From assembly GCF_009914755.1 (NCBI RefSeq), contig NC_060935.1: a stretch of 64,000 bases of DNA, one strand, 5' to 3'. Source of the DNA: the human T2T-CHM13v2.0 reference genome, Homo sapiens. Position 1 is the stretch's first letter. Every line of letters starts with the position of its first letter. The notes below the pieces were generated by a model. That model was not told the DNA's origin and ran no database searches. It saw only the letters and a list, made by a program, of their open reading frames with translations. A program made the translations under genes and the position numbers. Shown here piece after piece: positions 43,533-59,021 of the stretch.

Positions 43533-43761
43533 GGTTTTTCCCCCAGCTTTACTGAGGCATAATTGACAAATACAAATTGCATATATTGAAGGTATAAAAT
43601 GTGATGATTTGATATATGTGTACAGTGTGAAATGATAACCACAATCATGCTAATTACCACATCCATCACCCCATATAGTTACTATTTTGTGTGTGTGGTA
43701 AGAAAACTCAAGATCTACTTTCTTAGTAAATTTCAAGTATACAATACAGTATTACTAACTG
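43533..43761 (-). mobile_element. Short L1MA-type 3'-end insertion within a MIR
   Basis: L1 3' UTR sequence flanked by AAG(C)CTGAGGGT direct repeats at ~43520 and ~43762. Confidence 0.7.
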
Positions 43762-44154
43762 AAGCCTGAGGGTAATTTTTAGACCATAAAATGCTAAACA
43801 CAAATGCCATTCTGGCCACAATTCTTCTTCACAGTCATAGAACAAATGCTGATGGAGGTTTGGTGGGGGGCTCACTGTGTCTCCCCACCCACCATCCAGC
43901 CCTCTTTTGCTTGTACTATGAATAGAAATGATAAATAAAACCTCCCATGCACAAATATAATGCCATGCTCACCAAGCCAAAATTTATTGTGAATTTCAAG
44001 TATTTGGATTGGGTGGGGAGGAACACAATGTCTTTGGTTGCTGGTGACATTTTGCTATATATAATTTCTACAAGATTCCCAGTGTTGCCCCACAACTGGC
44101 CTGCAGCTAAAATGCTGAAAAGGTCAGACAACAAAACAATGTGATGAACGTTTT

Positions 44155-44186
44155 CTGTCTCTCTCTGTGTGTCTGTCTCTCTCTGT

Positions 44187-44229
<43 letters not shown>
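44155..44229. repeat. (CT)n-(CA)n microsatellite
   Basis: Directly visible. Confidence 0.9.
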
Positions 44230-44799
44230 CCCTTTAAGCAACACCACCATTCATTCACTGAGGTAAAAATAAGGCAAGAATTATAAATAAATACCTTTGT
44301 TCAGTGTATGATTATTATTTATATTTAATTCAGTTTTATATAAGAAACCCCCCTCCCTCCCATGGAGCAATTTGATGGAATATAGAATAAAACCTCATTA
44401 ATTGAGGTCACTTTAATCCTAGCTTGGAATTGCATAAGAGGCCATGTGAATCACTCATCCAATAATCTGGATTCATAGTTCCTAGAACTCACCGGATTTA
44501 AGGAACCCCAGAACTCCTCTCCACCTTGGGTAACCATCCCCTGGCTGCTTCCTGGACCTTTTATTCCCAGGAACTACTCCTACTCTAGGATTTCACACTG
44601 TCCCATCTCAGTCTCTGACCACAGCCTTTCCTTCTATGTCTCTTCACTTCCACTGCACCTGCTGTTTGTCTGCACCAAGACCTCTGAGCCCTTCACCATG
44701 TTATCCCAGTGCCTCAGGCCCTCCATTATGGCTTTTCATGAAACCAGACCACTATCCAGTCTGAACCAAAGGTGGTTACTTCATGGTGCTACTATCTTA

Positions 44800-45010
44800 G
44801 CACCATCCATTTAACCACCATCCACCTATTCATCTATCATCATCCAACCATCCATCATCCATCCATCCATCCATCCATTTTCCATCCATCCATCATTCAT
44901 TTATCCATCCATTCATCATCCATCCATCCATCCATCATCCATCCATCCTTGATTTATCCATCCATCCATTCACCCATCCATAAATTCATCCATCCAAACA
45001 CATTCATTGA
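44800..45010. repeat. Degenerate (CCAT)n array grown from an L2 tail
   Basis: CCAT/CATC units run into CATTCATTGAGCACC, an L2 terminus. Confidence 0.85.
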
Positions 45011-47658
45011 GCACCTGTGATGATCTGATACTATAGTTTAATGTTTTAGGAAGGGGTGGATTGGATCTATGAAGGAGTTGGCGGAAACTTAATGTTTGGA
45101 GTTTGTCTGCCAACTCTTTAAACTAATTAAAAACCAATTAAGAAGAGAAAATTTCAAAGTGGAAATTTAAATGGCTTAGTGGATAAAAAAACGTTTCTCA
45201 ATTCATCCCTGTACATCCAAATACAGGTAATGAGCTTTCACCATAACACTAATTTAAATGTTAATTATCAATTGCCTTACATATTCATTAAAATGCTAAC
45301 AACAATGGTAAAAAAAATAGCTAGCTTTTATCTAGTGTTTATTACCTGCTGGGCACCGTGCTGAGCTCTTTACATACATTATCTTAATTAATCTTCACAT
45401 CACCTTATGATGTAGGCGCTGTTTCCAGAGAAGGAATCTGGAGCTACAGATTGCAAGTTATTTGCTCACAGGCTATGTACTCTATTGCGCTTGGTAAGTG
45501 GTGGAGCTGGAATTTAAATCTGGTTCTGTCTGACTCAAGAACCAGCTTCAGTTTAATTTTGATAGCCTTACAGGTTCTTAAAAAAAAAAGCTAAATAGGT
45601 AATAAGGCTGGATTTCTTTCTCCATTGGGAAAGATCATAGGTATGGTGAAGAAAACATTGACCAGGGAGACAGAAAAAATGCAGGAGTCTTGGCTGAGTC
45701 CCCTTTCTCTGTCTGGGTCTCAGTTTCCTGGTCTGAGAGCATTGGAGGAGTAGCACAACCTACTTAATATTTGGGGCTGGAATTGAATACTAGAAGCTTC
45801 ACTCAGGTATTTCTACAAGTCCAGAGCAGGGAGGTTAGACATTTCTCTGTGAGAGCAACATGTGAGGAAAATATGGGGGGTGAGTGTCTTAGAGCCCTTT
45901 GTGCTTACACAAACTGGACCAGCTGAGTGAGCAGGGCAAGGCAGCCACCCTCCAGGTCATACTGTGGAACAGAGGCAGGACCCCTCCCAAGAAGCCGTGC
46001 TCTCAGCTCCCTACTCAGGGCTCTGGGCAGCTTCCCGATTCTAGTGCTGGCAGCAGCCTGCTGTCTATCCTTCTGTCCTGCGAGAAGCTCCCACTTACCG
46101 GGGAGGCTTCTGCTTATCTGTCCCCTTTTGCAATTTTGAACTCTTCACCCTCCAGCCCTGGCAGGGGCTGAGGAACATCTGATGCTTCTCCAGTGGAGAA
46201 TTCCTGCAATGGAGAAAGAGGCACCTTCCCAAGCCACACAGATAGCTTCCCAGACTTCCCAACCCTGGGGACTCAGCTGGGAAATGGCCTTGGAGTGGCC
46301 AGGGAAGGCATTCCAAAGCCAGGGCTCACTTAGAGACACAAGGCTAATGAGTGGATGTTTGATTTTGTTTTTTTTTTTTTCCCTCCAGTACTCAGGCAAG
46401 GGGAAGCCAGCAAACAGTGACCTGTGCCTGGGAGTTCTGGAGTTCTGGTGAGCTGTGTGTGACGGTGTGATGATACCCAGGCCACAACCAACAGTGCCAG
46501 CACCTGCCACCTGGGATGCATCCTCCCATGGGTAGGAGGGTCTGAGGTGGCTGTTCTGCCCTTCTCCCCAGTGTGTGAACCAAATGCAGAGTGAGGGATG
46601 TTGGTGGTGCAGAGCATTCCAGGGGCTGCAGACCTAGTTTCTCTTTTCCATAGGTCAGGACCTGCCATTTTTTCAAACACCTGGGTCTGACCTCTTTCAA
46701 GCCTGAACAAACATGAGGGACTGGGAAGAGAAGGTGAACTTGCTCAACCTGCCTCTAAATAGAATGACTAAAAGCTACCTCTGGTATTTCCATGGTAGTC
46801 CATGCTGTTCCCCTCCCCCCAGAAAAAAACCCACATGCAAGACTTCCACAGCAGAGCGTTCAGTGAGATTATCAGTTGTCACCCAATGGAAAACTATTTC
46901 TTTTTTTATTTCCTTCCAGGAACTAGATCTGACAGAATCATAAAAACTCTTGGTCTTTTTTTTTCTATTTTACATATTCCATTAAACTCTAGTCCCTTGA
47001 GATGGTCTTAGAGAGAGGTTCTGTGGTTAAGTAAATTTGGAAAACTCTGTGTGTTACACATAGCATACACAATGTGTATTAAAAGCTCTGAAAAATCTTG
47101 CAATAAGAAACCTGTTTAACCCAGCATGTTCAAAGCTTATTTGACCAGACACCTTACTCTGTTGCATCTCATCCTCACCACCTATGGTGGAACACACTTT
47201 GGGAGACATGGCTCTGCAGGAAGAACTTTGTGCAGGGGGTGCTGGGTGGATTCAGGGCGAGGCCATCTCTCCCCAGGATTACTGCCATTGCTGCTTCTGT
47301 CCAGGACCCTACAGTGACTGATTTCACCTCCTTCAAGTTTATTTCCCCTCCCCCAATCCATCTTCCACATATTTCTAAACACAAGTTTATGTCGGCTACT
47401 TATTTTCTGAAAATCCTAAGAGGGCTTCCACTGCCTGTGGGGTTATATCCAAATTCCTTAGGTAGTGTTCATTTTGGCCCCAGCTCTATTGCTGAACACC
47501 TACTCAGGTCTTCTGACATTCTAGGCACGTTTTCCTGCTTCCTAACCACTGTGGGCCTTTGCACGGTCCCCTGTCTTTGCTCAAGCTGCTGGTTCTCTCT
47601 GTCTAGAAGGCGTCTTTTTGTCTAGGCCAACCCCTACTTAAACTGTAAGGCCCAGCGC

Positions 47659-47930
<272 letters not shown>

Positions 47931-48197
47931 TAGGCCCAGATCTTAAACTGTAACCTCTTTTAAGAAGTCTTCCTTGACACATCTCTTTCCCTACCCTTAA
48001 AATAGTGCTAATTCTTGTCTTCTCTGGGGTCCCGTGATATTCTGGACATATCTGTAACAATATATGTCACATTGTATTACAATTACTTATTGACATTTCT
48101 GTTTCAATTAAAGAAATGTATTCGGCAAGTTATCTTCTTTGTGCCAGAAACTATACTAAGTATGATGTAATAAAAATTCAATTCAACAAACATTTTA

Positions 48198-48340
48198 TGC
48201 TTGATATGGTGGCACATGCCAGTCATCCCAGCTGCTCAAGAGGCTAAGGTGGGAAGACCATTTGAGCCCAGAAGTTCAAGGCCAGCCTGGGTAACATAGT
48301 GAGACCCATATCTTAGAAGAACAAAGCAAAACAAAACAAA
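48198..48340 (+). mobile_element. Alu monomer (FLAM-like)
   Basis: Single Alu arm with (CAAAA)n tail. Confidence 0.75.
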
Positions 48341-51300
48341 CATTTCAAAGTGTCTACTATGAACAAGGGACTGTACTACTTGCTAAAACCTCACAGATTT
48401 CACAGTTGAATGGGAACACAGGAAAATAAAAAAACAGTTGCAATACTCTGTGGCATCAGTAATAATAAAGATATGTGCCAGGTACATGGGAAGCCTCAAA
48501 GAGGGCAGGCAGCTCTGCAGCGGGGAGAGGCAATGAGGGCTTCACAGGGCAGGAGATTAGGAGGTGGGGCTTGAAGGAAGAGCAGAGGTTCCCAGACAGA
48601 CTGTGGATGGGTGCGGATGGAAGGAGGGAGGAGGGCATCTCAAGGAGAGGGAACAGCATATGCATGAGGACTGAGTGAGTATGGTGCCTTCCTGGAGCTG
48701 CAGGAAAATACACAGGGCCGGATCTTGCCAGAGGAGGCTGAAGATGGGGAGGACATGGGGAGAAATGAGCCTTGGTGGAATGCAGGAGCCACCCCTTTCA
48801 TGCCCATGTAAACAGCCTAAGCAATCTGGAGGGCAAGGGGGACCCACTGAGGGCTTTAGGCAGGAAGGTGGCGGGTGTTTTAGGAAGTTTATTCTGGCAG
48901 AAATGGATGATGGGATGGACAGCTGGGAGGACAGACTGGAGACAAGGAGGCATGGAACTGCAGTGAGAGATTGTGAAGTCCTGGTATTAATATAAGGCAG
49001 TGCAGACATGTAGGCAGAGAAGAAGCTGGGTAAAATATGTTAAGGAAGTGAAAAGAGTAGCCTGGAGGAAAGACAAAGTGTGGCAGAGCATAGACAGCTT
49101 TGAGACTGAGCAGGTGTGGCTCCATCACTTACTAAACGCATGACCTCAGGAAATGTACTTGATACAAATTTCAGTCTTCACTGATAATAGTGGGCTAATA
49201 ATACCTCTCTTGCAGTCCTGTTGTGCAAATTAGATGAGATAATGTACATAAAAATCCAGCACACTATAGGCACTGAGTCCTCGGAGGCAATGATTATTAA
49301 GGACAGGATTTAATAATAGACCAGATATGGAGATGAATGAGAAGGAGGAGCCCAGGAAGGGCCGAGGATGGAGGGTGAAGTCCTTTACTCATCAAGGTTG
49401 GGGATGGGGAAAGAAAGGCAAACTTACTTGATAAGGCGGAGTTGGCACATGAGGAGTCCCAGGTTCTGTGGAACGTTCTAACGAACGTGTTCATGAAGCA
49501 ATGGGCTATACATGAGGTCAGCGGAGGGGAACAGGCAGCTCAGGGCACTGTGAGCAGTTGAAGCCATGGGATTGGGTGAGGGTTCTCAGGCAGCGCCTGT
49601 GCACAGAGCAGGGAGCAGGGCAAGGACACAACCCTGGGACACCCTGCATCCACGGAGCAGAGAGAGATAGTGGAAGAAAGTCCAGCCAAGGATAGCGAGC
49701 AGGTTGGGCCCACACAGCAGCTGCTACCAGAGCCACGCAATGGGCCGTGGTCGGGAGCATCAAATACTGCCAACATGTCAAGTGAAACAGGGACCACAAA
49801 GTGTACATTGGAGTCGTTGTTTAGAGGATCACTGGTGACCTTCGCAGACCACTTTTGGTGGGGAAGGGAGGGAACCATCTGGCATGGGGTTAAAGTGAAA
49901 ATGGAAGGGGAGGAAATGTTGGTCATCACAAATTTCAAGAAGCTTGGCTGTGAAGTAGGCAGGGTGACAGCTGTTGGGGGAAGTGGGACTGAACGGTGAA
50001 TTTGTTTTGGGGATGGGAGGTATACATATGAGATACAGGAGTCAGAATGGAGGGGAGATGAGAGATGACAGGGCTGGTGAGATCCTGAGAGCTAGGAGGA
50101 GGTGGGGGCTAGAGCACAGTTAGAATGGGAAGAAGACACAGTCAGATGTCATAGGACAGATAAGAGGCCGTCACAGCACAACTCTGCCACAGACTTGCAT
50201 GAAGAGTGACTTATTCTGCTGGGGGTGTGAATCAGCAGAGGGGGTCATGTTTTGCGGAAGGATTCACAAGGATGACAGGGAATCTATACCATGGGTGAAA
50301 AAACTGGATACCGTGGATTGGAGAAAGAGGGAATACGGAGCCTGAGAAGGGCAAGTGTAATTGGGCATAATGATTATCTTCAATCATAGGAACGACTGTT
50401 TGTGGACAAGGACTTAAGCAGATTGATTTTGTATGGCTTTGAGGCAAAAGCAGAGCCAATGAGTGGAAGTCAGAAGGACACAGATTCCAGTGCCATATAA
50501 GGCAGAGATTTCAAACACTGGTTGGAAAGAGACTGCTGGTCACTGGAGGTGAGTCCATGGTCACCGGAGCTCCACTTGGCACGGAAGTCGTGGAAGGGAT
50601 TTCAGCCCATGATGTGAGGGTGGACCTCTGAGGCCCTTCCCTTCCCAGCTCCCAGACTGGGAGATTCCCTGGTGTGCTGGGGTCTGGCAGCCAGACTGGC
50701 AGGCTCCTGAGACTGGGATTCTGGCCTAAGGGGGAAAACTCCCATTGACTCGCAACATAGTCACAGGAAGCAGTAACTTCTAAGCAAAAGTCCCAGGATA
50801 ATGTGGCCATTCCTCAGTCACAGCTCTGACGGCAAGTCTTGGCCAGACAGAAAACACTCAGGAACAGCTTGGCTTTCCTCCTGATTTTCCCTGTTTGTCT
50901 GAGTTCCGGGGCAAGCACACCAAATGGCGCCAGAAATCTCATTGCTGGGGAGGGGATGGTGGCTGACCTGCTGACCTCTCAACCTCCCAAAGGTCAGTGG
51001 CAACACAAAGGTTTTCCTCTAGGACATGGCAACTCACTCCTCAACCTCCTGCTTATAAAGCTTTCTTGGCCACCAACCCACTGGCTGGCTTGGGGGCTTC
51101 AGCATGTATGTCAGCCCATATTTGTCCTTAGATTGTGCATATCAGGTTGGCATGAGGCCACGGGTGTCCTCCATGAAGGTTTTTTGATTAATGAGGCCCT
51201 TTCTGAGTGTTCTCTTCAGTTGCTAGCGCTTTCCTGGGAATAAGGTCATGACTTTTAAAGTCCAAGTAAATGTCCCAGATCTTTTGATCACCTTATGCCC

Positions 51301-51602
51301 TTTATCAACCTTGATCAACGCTGCAGGCAAGGCCATTGGCTGCGTACACATTAAATCTATGCAAACCCAGCAGTAATTATTTGGGAATTTCCCTTGTAGT
51401 TTATAAATTCCTTGACAGCAAAGTCTACTTCTGACTTCTTGCCATATTCAATAAAGGAATTAATAAATGGATGGATGAATACATGAATAAATAGGAAAAC
51501 AAATAACTGAATGTGGTCTTAAACTATTTTTCTGGTGACTTTATGTGTCCATGTTATAATCACAGGGAAAATTGAATTCTTCAGGACAAGTCTTTTCTTT
51601 GT

Positions 51603-52025
51603 TGATTTAGTTTGGATGTGTGTTGCCAGCCAAATCTCATACTGAAATGTAATTCCCAATGTTGGAGGTGGGGCCTGGTGGGAAGTGATTGGATCATGGG
51701 GGAGGAGTTCTCATGAATGGTTTAGTACCATCCCTCTGGGTACTGTCCTCGTGATAGTGAGTTGTCATGAGGTCTGGTTGTTTAAAAGTGTGTAGTACCT
51801 CCCCTTTTGCTCTCCTGTTCCTGTTTTCACCATGTGATATACCTTCTCCCGCTTTGCCTTCTGCCATGATTGTAAGCTTCCTGAGGCCTTCTTAGAAGCT
51901 GAGCAGATGTTGGCACCATGCTTCCTGTAAAGCCGGCAGAACCATGAGCTAATTACACCTCTTTTCTTTGTAAATTACCCAGTCTCAGGTATTTCTTTAT
52001 AACAATGTGAGAAGGAACTAATATA
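51603..52025 (+). mobile_element. MaLR solo LTR (MSTA-like)
   Basis: TGATTTAGTTTGGATG...CCAAATCTCAT...GAACTAATATA with a perfect 5-bp TSD TTTGT (51598-51602 / 52026-52030). Confidence 0.88.
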
Positions 52026-52367
52026 TTTGTATTGGCCACATTGTGGGGTACAGGGAAGGCACGTGATAAATATAGCCTGAATGAAAATTTGGAGGAAATT
52101 TCATGAATTACATGAAGGAGGGCACATAATTGGATAAGTTTTCCTTAATTTCCCACAGCTTTTCTCATTATCTAGCCTTGGGGAAATAATTTTCTCTTTG
52201 GGTCTCAGTTTCCTCATCTAAAAAGTGAGGAAATTGGATCAAATGAGTGGGTTGTTTCTTGCTCAGATATTCCAAGAATGCAAGATTAAAGTCCTAGGCT
52301 GGATCCAGTGAGAAAATGAGAATTCTAAGATACAGACTGAACCACAGAAGGCATTCCTAATATTCAG

Positions 52368-52424
<57 letters not shown>

Positions 52425-52440
52425 AGAGAGAGAGAGAGAG
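52368..52440. repeat. (TA)n-(GA)n microsatellite
   Basis: Directly visible. Confidence 0.9.
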
Positions 52441-55400
52441 CAGTGACCCTCTATGCTGAGAGGGACTCAGAATGTGAACACCCCTGTGAAACATTGCAAT
52501 CGGGGCTTAGACCTAACAGCTTTTCACAATCTTTTAAAATTAACATAAAATCCTCATTAACTTCCTTTGTAGTCTGGATGCTATATGCCTAGGGATTTTT
52601 CTTTGCATATGTTGTGTTAAAACCAACAGGAGAAGCTTGGAGCTACAGAACCTCAGCTAAGCTTTTGGCAGGACGCTCAGTTCTAACATCCTGTCTTGTA
52701 CAGACCTCCACACTTGACCTTGCCTGCTGTGGACCTATCTGCAGGCCTGAATGATGAGATGGAAACAGCCCTGAAAATGAAAGGACATTCAAGGCTGGGA
52801 AAATAGCGAGCACGAAGGCTCTGCCTCTGTAACAGAGACAACACATTTAAGGAGCGGCAGGAACAGGGGTGGGAGTTGGAGCCATCAAAGGCATCCTTCC
52901 AGCTCTGAGGGCAAAGTACAAGGCTTCTATATGTGGAGCCTCTGAATAGGTCAGTATCAGTGGGTGATCTCAGAGCAATTTTGCAGCTTTCTCTTGGGCA
53001 AGCTTCTGTTTCTCATTTCTGTACAGAGAACTGTGTCTCATGAAAAGATGTTTGGTTACTTGAGGGGGTGACTGACTCTGAGTGGTGAGTTTGAAAGGCC
53101 CAAGTAACACTCAGCTTCAAACAGCTGCAAAAAAATATAAGAACACCTCACCCTCAGGAACACACGGACCATACTGCTCCCCTCTATGTACACATGAATC
53201 TACACAACACCGTCCACTGGAGGAGGGAGAGCAAAACTGAATAGGTCTGTGTTGGGGGTGGGGATGAAGACCAAGCATTTACTAATTGCACATACCAGGG
53301 ATCTAAAATGGAAATGGATCACACCTAGGGCTGTTTCATTTTTGTTTTTGTTTTTTCCTTCCTAGGTTTAGCACTGGGGAAGAGAGGAAAAGTAATATTG
53401 GAATGAAGGGGAGGGATGGGTGAGGGACTGTGGACAGCAGTGTTGGACATGTGAATGGATATATTAACTCAAACATGAATGCGTGAATGTGGGCACAGTG
53501 AAGCACTGCCTAAAGGAGAATGGCTTTGGAAACTGCCTAAATTAATAATAATAGCAAACATGATTTTTTTACTATCACTCAGGTGTATGTTAAACATTTT
53601 ACATGGATGGCCTCATTTATCCATCGTAAGTACTCTCCCAGTCTTAAAAATGCATTTTAGAGAGGAGGAAACTGAGGCACAGATGAATTAAGTCACTCGT
53701 TGATAAGTGTTAATAAGTAGCTTGTTAATAAGAGATTGGAACTCAGGCAGTCTAGCTCTAGAATTCGTGCTTTTAACAATTGCAGTTAGTGGGTAGGGTC
53801 TTAATCAGGCTCCCCTTTCTTAGATGAGGTACTTGTACTTTGTAAACTTCAGTTTCTTCATCTCTTAAAATAAAGTGAATAATAGTACCTAACTCATACA
53901 GTTGTTGTGAGAATTAGACAAGTTAATATTGTGTGAAGTGCTTGTATCAGTGTCTGCTTATGGTAAGCAATTAAATAATTAAGAGTTATTATTGTTATTA
54001 TTGGTACTTATTCATTGAAAGGGATCAGATCCCTGCTCCCCGCCACCCATAAGACCCTTATATTCCTTCATCTCTTCTGCCATAATCTAAAAGTTTCAGT
54101 TCTGGGGATGATTTTGTTCCTATTCTTGATACCAAGCGATAAAATCAGGCTGCTAAGAGAAAATGAAAAGGAAATAGCCAGCTAGTGTCATTGAATCATA
54201 TCCCGAGGCAGTGAGTTTCTTCCAGCACATTTTGGCCTCAGTCCTGAGGCTGGACCTTAACTAGTGAACTGCAAACTCACTCAATTATGCAGTCTGCTTG
54301 GTGCGATGGAAGTGAAAATGTCCTAGAGAGTTGGGTGCTAGTATGCATTTTGATAGTCTCCTAGCCTGTGACCCAGGACAGATTCCTTGCATGCATAGGA
54401 GTTTGTCACCATGCAAAATCTGGCTGTTGTTCTTCTGAGAACATGGGGGAGCTGGACTGTCAACAATGAGCCATATCAGGCTGAAACTGGGAAACTGTTC
54501 TGCTCCTTCAGAGTCAAGACAAGCCAGAATGAGTGTCAAATTTCCTTCCTCTGTGCTTCCTCAGATGTGGTCAGATTCATAGCCTTCAGTCTATTCTAAT
54601 TGGTAGCTAGCCTGGTGTGGACTTTTGACCACCCACCAATCAACCAACTCCCACCCTCACCATTTACTGCACGAGTAAAGCCACGCTTCCTAGGAACTAC
54701 CATTGGTAGAGATGTTACTGAGTCATAGGCCCTGAGATAGGAATGATCTATAAAGGCCATCCACGCCAGTTCTTGAACCCTTCTACAACAGTCCAGACTC
54801 ATCTTTGCCCAATCTCTCCTCTGACAATGAAAGCCTAAGGACCAAAAAAAAAAAAAAAAAAAAAAAGGTTAAAGAAAAGCAATAGGCCATTTTAGCAGAG
54901 ATGTCACAATGCAGTGCATGATTAATTAATTAGCAAATGAATTCTACAGCCAGTAAGATTACAGTCAGGGCAAGAGTATCAGGCCAGGCTGGTCAGAGTA
55001 GATTTCCCTAGGGAAGGCAGAATTTGAATTGGGGCATTGTTATGGGTTCTGCCTCTAATCTCTTCCCACATCTTGTCAATTTTAATACAATACTTTTGTT
55101 GCTCAAGAACCTACCATGCCTCCCTATTGCTCACTACATCAAGTCTCAAATAAGGTATTTTGTGGATTGGTAATTTTCAAACATTTTTTGCAGAATAATT
55201 CTTTAATAAAATATTGAGCAGAAACCAGATATAGAAGGCAATGAAAAACAATAAAGTGTTTCCTCAGGTGGTTTACATTTTTTATGGTTGGTGGAAAGTA
55301 TTTCATTTCTAGCACTCCTGATATGCTTCTTTGGAGTCCTGGGGCCCAGGGAAGCTTGGTTTAAAAACCACTGCATTAGATGACTGTAGCCCCTTCCACT

Positions 55401-55452
55401 TTTGAGCTCTCATAATCATGACCTTCTGCCTGGATTGCAAGGCCTATCTTAG

Positions 55453-55960
55453 TGTGATGGTTAATTTTAGGTGTCAACTTGGCTGGTTTAGGGGATACTC
55501 AGATAGCTGGTAAAGCATTATTTCTGGGTATGTTTGTGAGGGTGTTTCTGGAAGAGACTGGTATTTGTATTAGTAAATTGAATAAGGAAGATTCACCCTC
55601 ACCCCATATGGGCAGGCACCATCCAGTTGGTTGATGGCTCAGATAGAACAAAAAGGCAGAGGAAGGGTGAATTCGTTCTCTCTTCTGAATTTGGAACACC
55701 CATCTTCTCCGGCCCTTGAGCATCAGAACTCCAGGCTCTTTGGCCTTCTGTCTCCAGGATGTGCACCAGCGGCCCCACTTTGGATTTATACTGAGCTATG
55801 CCACCAGTTTCCCTGGTTCTCCAGCTTGCAGACACCATATCATGGGATTTCTTTACCTCCATCATCACGTTAGCCACTTCTCATAATAAATCCACTCTGA
55901 AGTATCTAAATACCTAATATCCTATTGGTTCTGTTACTCTGGAGAAACCTAAATAATAGA
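55453..55960 (+). mobile_element. MLT2 (ERVL) LTR
   Basis: TGTGATGGTTAATTTTAGGTGTCAACTTG start; CCTATTGGTTCTGTTACTCTGGAGAA end. Confidence 0.88.
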
Positions 55961-56323
55961 TGTAGCCAGCACCATTCTTATTTAACCTTATTTAAAATCA
56001 CTGAACATTCATTTTTAGTTGGCCCATTCTTGTAGATACTCATTGCCTTCCCTGTATATTCATTGCTTTTCCTGTGTTCTTGCTTTTCTCATGATGTACC
56101 TTCTATATGGAACATCATTTTTTCTCCTGCTGCTTACTTGAATTCGGTCCTAAATTTGTACAACTTCCATTTCTTCCCAATCATCCCTGATTGTCCCTTT
56201 CTCTGAATTTCCATTGAACTGAGGGTCAACACCAAATAGTTGGGTACTGAAGTCTTCCCTAATTATTTTCTATTCAAAAATGTCTTCTTGGAAGGACTGT
56301 AAGGTTGTTGAAGACACAGCTGA

Positions 56324-56645
<322 letters not shown>

Positions 56646-57561
56646 TGATGTCTTTTATTTCTTTTGAATCTCATTACAGTGCCTAGTAGAATGTTGGATA
56701 TGTAGTCATTATTCAGAAGCACTGGAAATGCATGATCAGATACATGCTTTGTTAGTGCTGCTTCAAGCTTCTATGATGAGTTTTCTCATCTGTTATGAAA
56801 ATAAAGCTCACTTCCCAGAGTTTTGGTTGCAGTACCTACTGTTTCTATCTCTTTGCTGGCAAAATGTATTCCCTCACGGGATAAGTATACCCTTTCCAGT
56901 GTGAAGAGTCAAATTCCCAAATAGGCATATTTTTTGGGAAGGTGATATGATTTTGTGTACTTTCACAGGAAGCCATTTAGAAGAAATTCCCCAAACAAGG
57001 CAGTCACCACTGTCTTTACCTAACTAATGAGTTTGCCATCTCCCTCTTCCAAGCTCACTGTCCAGAAACTTCCCAAGCAGGCCGTTTCACTGTCATGAAG
57101 TCAAGGCACTTTGTGGGGAATCAGGCCCAACATGTGCCTGCTTGTGGAGAAGGGCAGGCCTGATTCTTGCCCATGATGTGTCTTTGGGGCCGAGGTACCC
57201 AGATGTGTGAGTGCTTTCCCCACATGTAGAAATGCAATTATTCCCCGCATGAAAGCAGCTGAAGTTCCTCAGGGCAAAGGGGATTCCAGCAGAAACAATG
57301 GGCACAGCTCTGCTTGGGAAGTTTCCAGACTAAAAGGAAGCTGCCAGAGCTGTAGGTGTATTGCAAGGTAGACCTCCATGGCAGGGTGAGCTCAGAGAAC
57401 ACACTGGGTCTTTCCTAATGTAGGTCCCTGCTGATAAAACTGTGGAAAGTCTCTGTGTATTGGTCCTTACACCCTCACCTTGGGCTTCAGTCTGACTCTG
57501 AAAGTGGGAGGAGCTGGGGCCGCACAAGTTGCCTCTTCTGGGGATGTGGTCCATTAGTTTC

Positions 57562-57909
<348 letters not shown>

Positions 57910-59021
57910 TGAGAATCATTAGGACAGCTTCAAAAATACAGATGTCCAGGTCTCAACCCAGGCCTTCTGTGGCATAGGAGCCTGAAGTCTGTATTCTTGA
58001 CAAGTTTCCTTGATGACTCAGAAGCAAAGCCAGATTTAGGAACCATAGGTCAGTATTAGCATATTAGACCCACTGCTTTGCTCCAGAGTGTATTGGGAGT
58101 GGGTGTGGGGGTGGAGTGTACCCAAGAGAGCATATTCCTGCATGTTTTTGTAACTCAGAAGAAGCAGCTGCAGCTTCATGTGGACTAAAATAGAGGCCTA
58201 CTTTAGCTCTTGAAATATCCTGAACACCTGGAGAAAAATAACCCAGAGCCTCCTTTAGCCTCGGAGTTGCTATTTAGTTGTGGGAGTTGCAGGATCAGCT
58301 GGCATGAGTGCTCACAGAGTCACAGATGCTTAGGTCACAAGGCTCCTCACAGCTCCAAAGGGGGCAAAGGATAGCACACTGCTGCCACCCCTTATTCCAT
58401 GCTCAGGGCAGACATTGCTAATCAACCATGATGCTCATCCCTGTTGAACCCAGAGAGGTTCAGAGTCCTAAGCAATCAGAGCTGGCACAAGGAATGAAAC
58501 CTTTTACCCTCCTTGCCATTCTTACCAACAATATCCTAGTCTAGTCCTAAAATTTGTTGAGCACTTTGACTTGCAGTTATCCATAGGACACAGTTCAGAA
58601 AACCATGGTGAGTCATATTCTCTTCTCTTTGGGAAATCTCAATCATTCCCTTGATATTAATACTATCTATGGGTTGGCAACTCCCAACTTTATGTTTCTG
58701 CACCAGAACTCTTCTTGAGCTCCAGACTTACACAGACACTTAGAGGCTAAGAAAGTGTAGAGTCTCAGGTTATCTAAACTTCAATAGATACATACGAAAT
58801 GTTTTTGACTATGTAGCTCTCTGAGAGGAGGACTGTTTATTTCTCTGTGTATTGCTCACTATGCCTGGCTCAGTGTCTGGTGTACAGCAGGTACTAGGTA
58901 GACATGCTCATTGATTTTATATACCATTCCCCTGCTTATCTGTGTAACTGAGTTATTCTTTTCTCACGCCTTCCTATAGTGAGGGCTGCCCCATTCCTCA
59001 TCCTACCCAGGCTAGATAGGG

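Noticed and set aside
44772-45020. His/Pro/Ser/Ile-rich ORF
   Set aside because: Translation of the (CCAT)n microsatellite.
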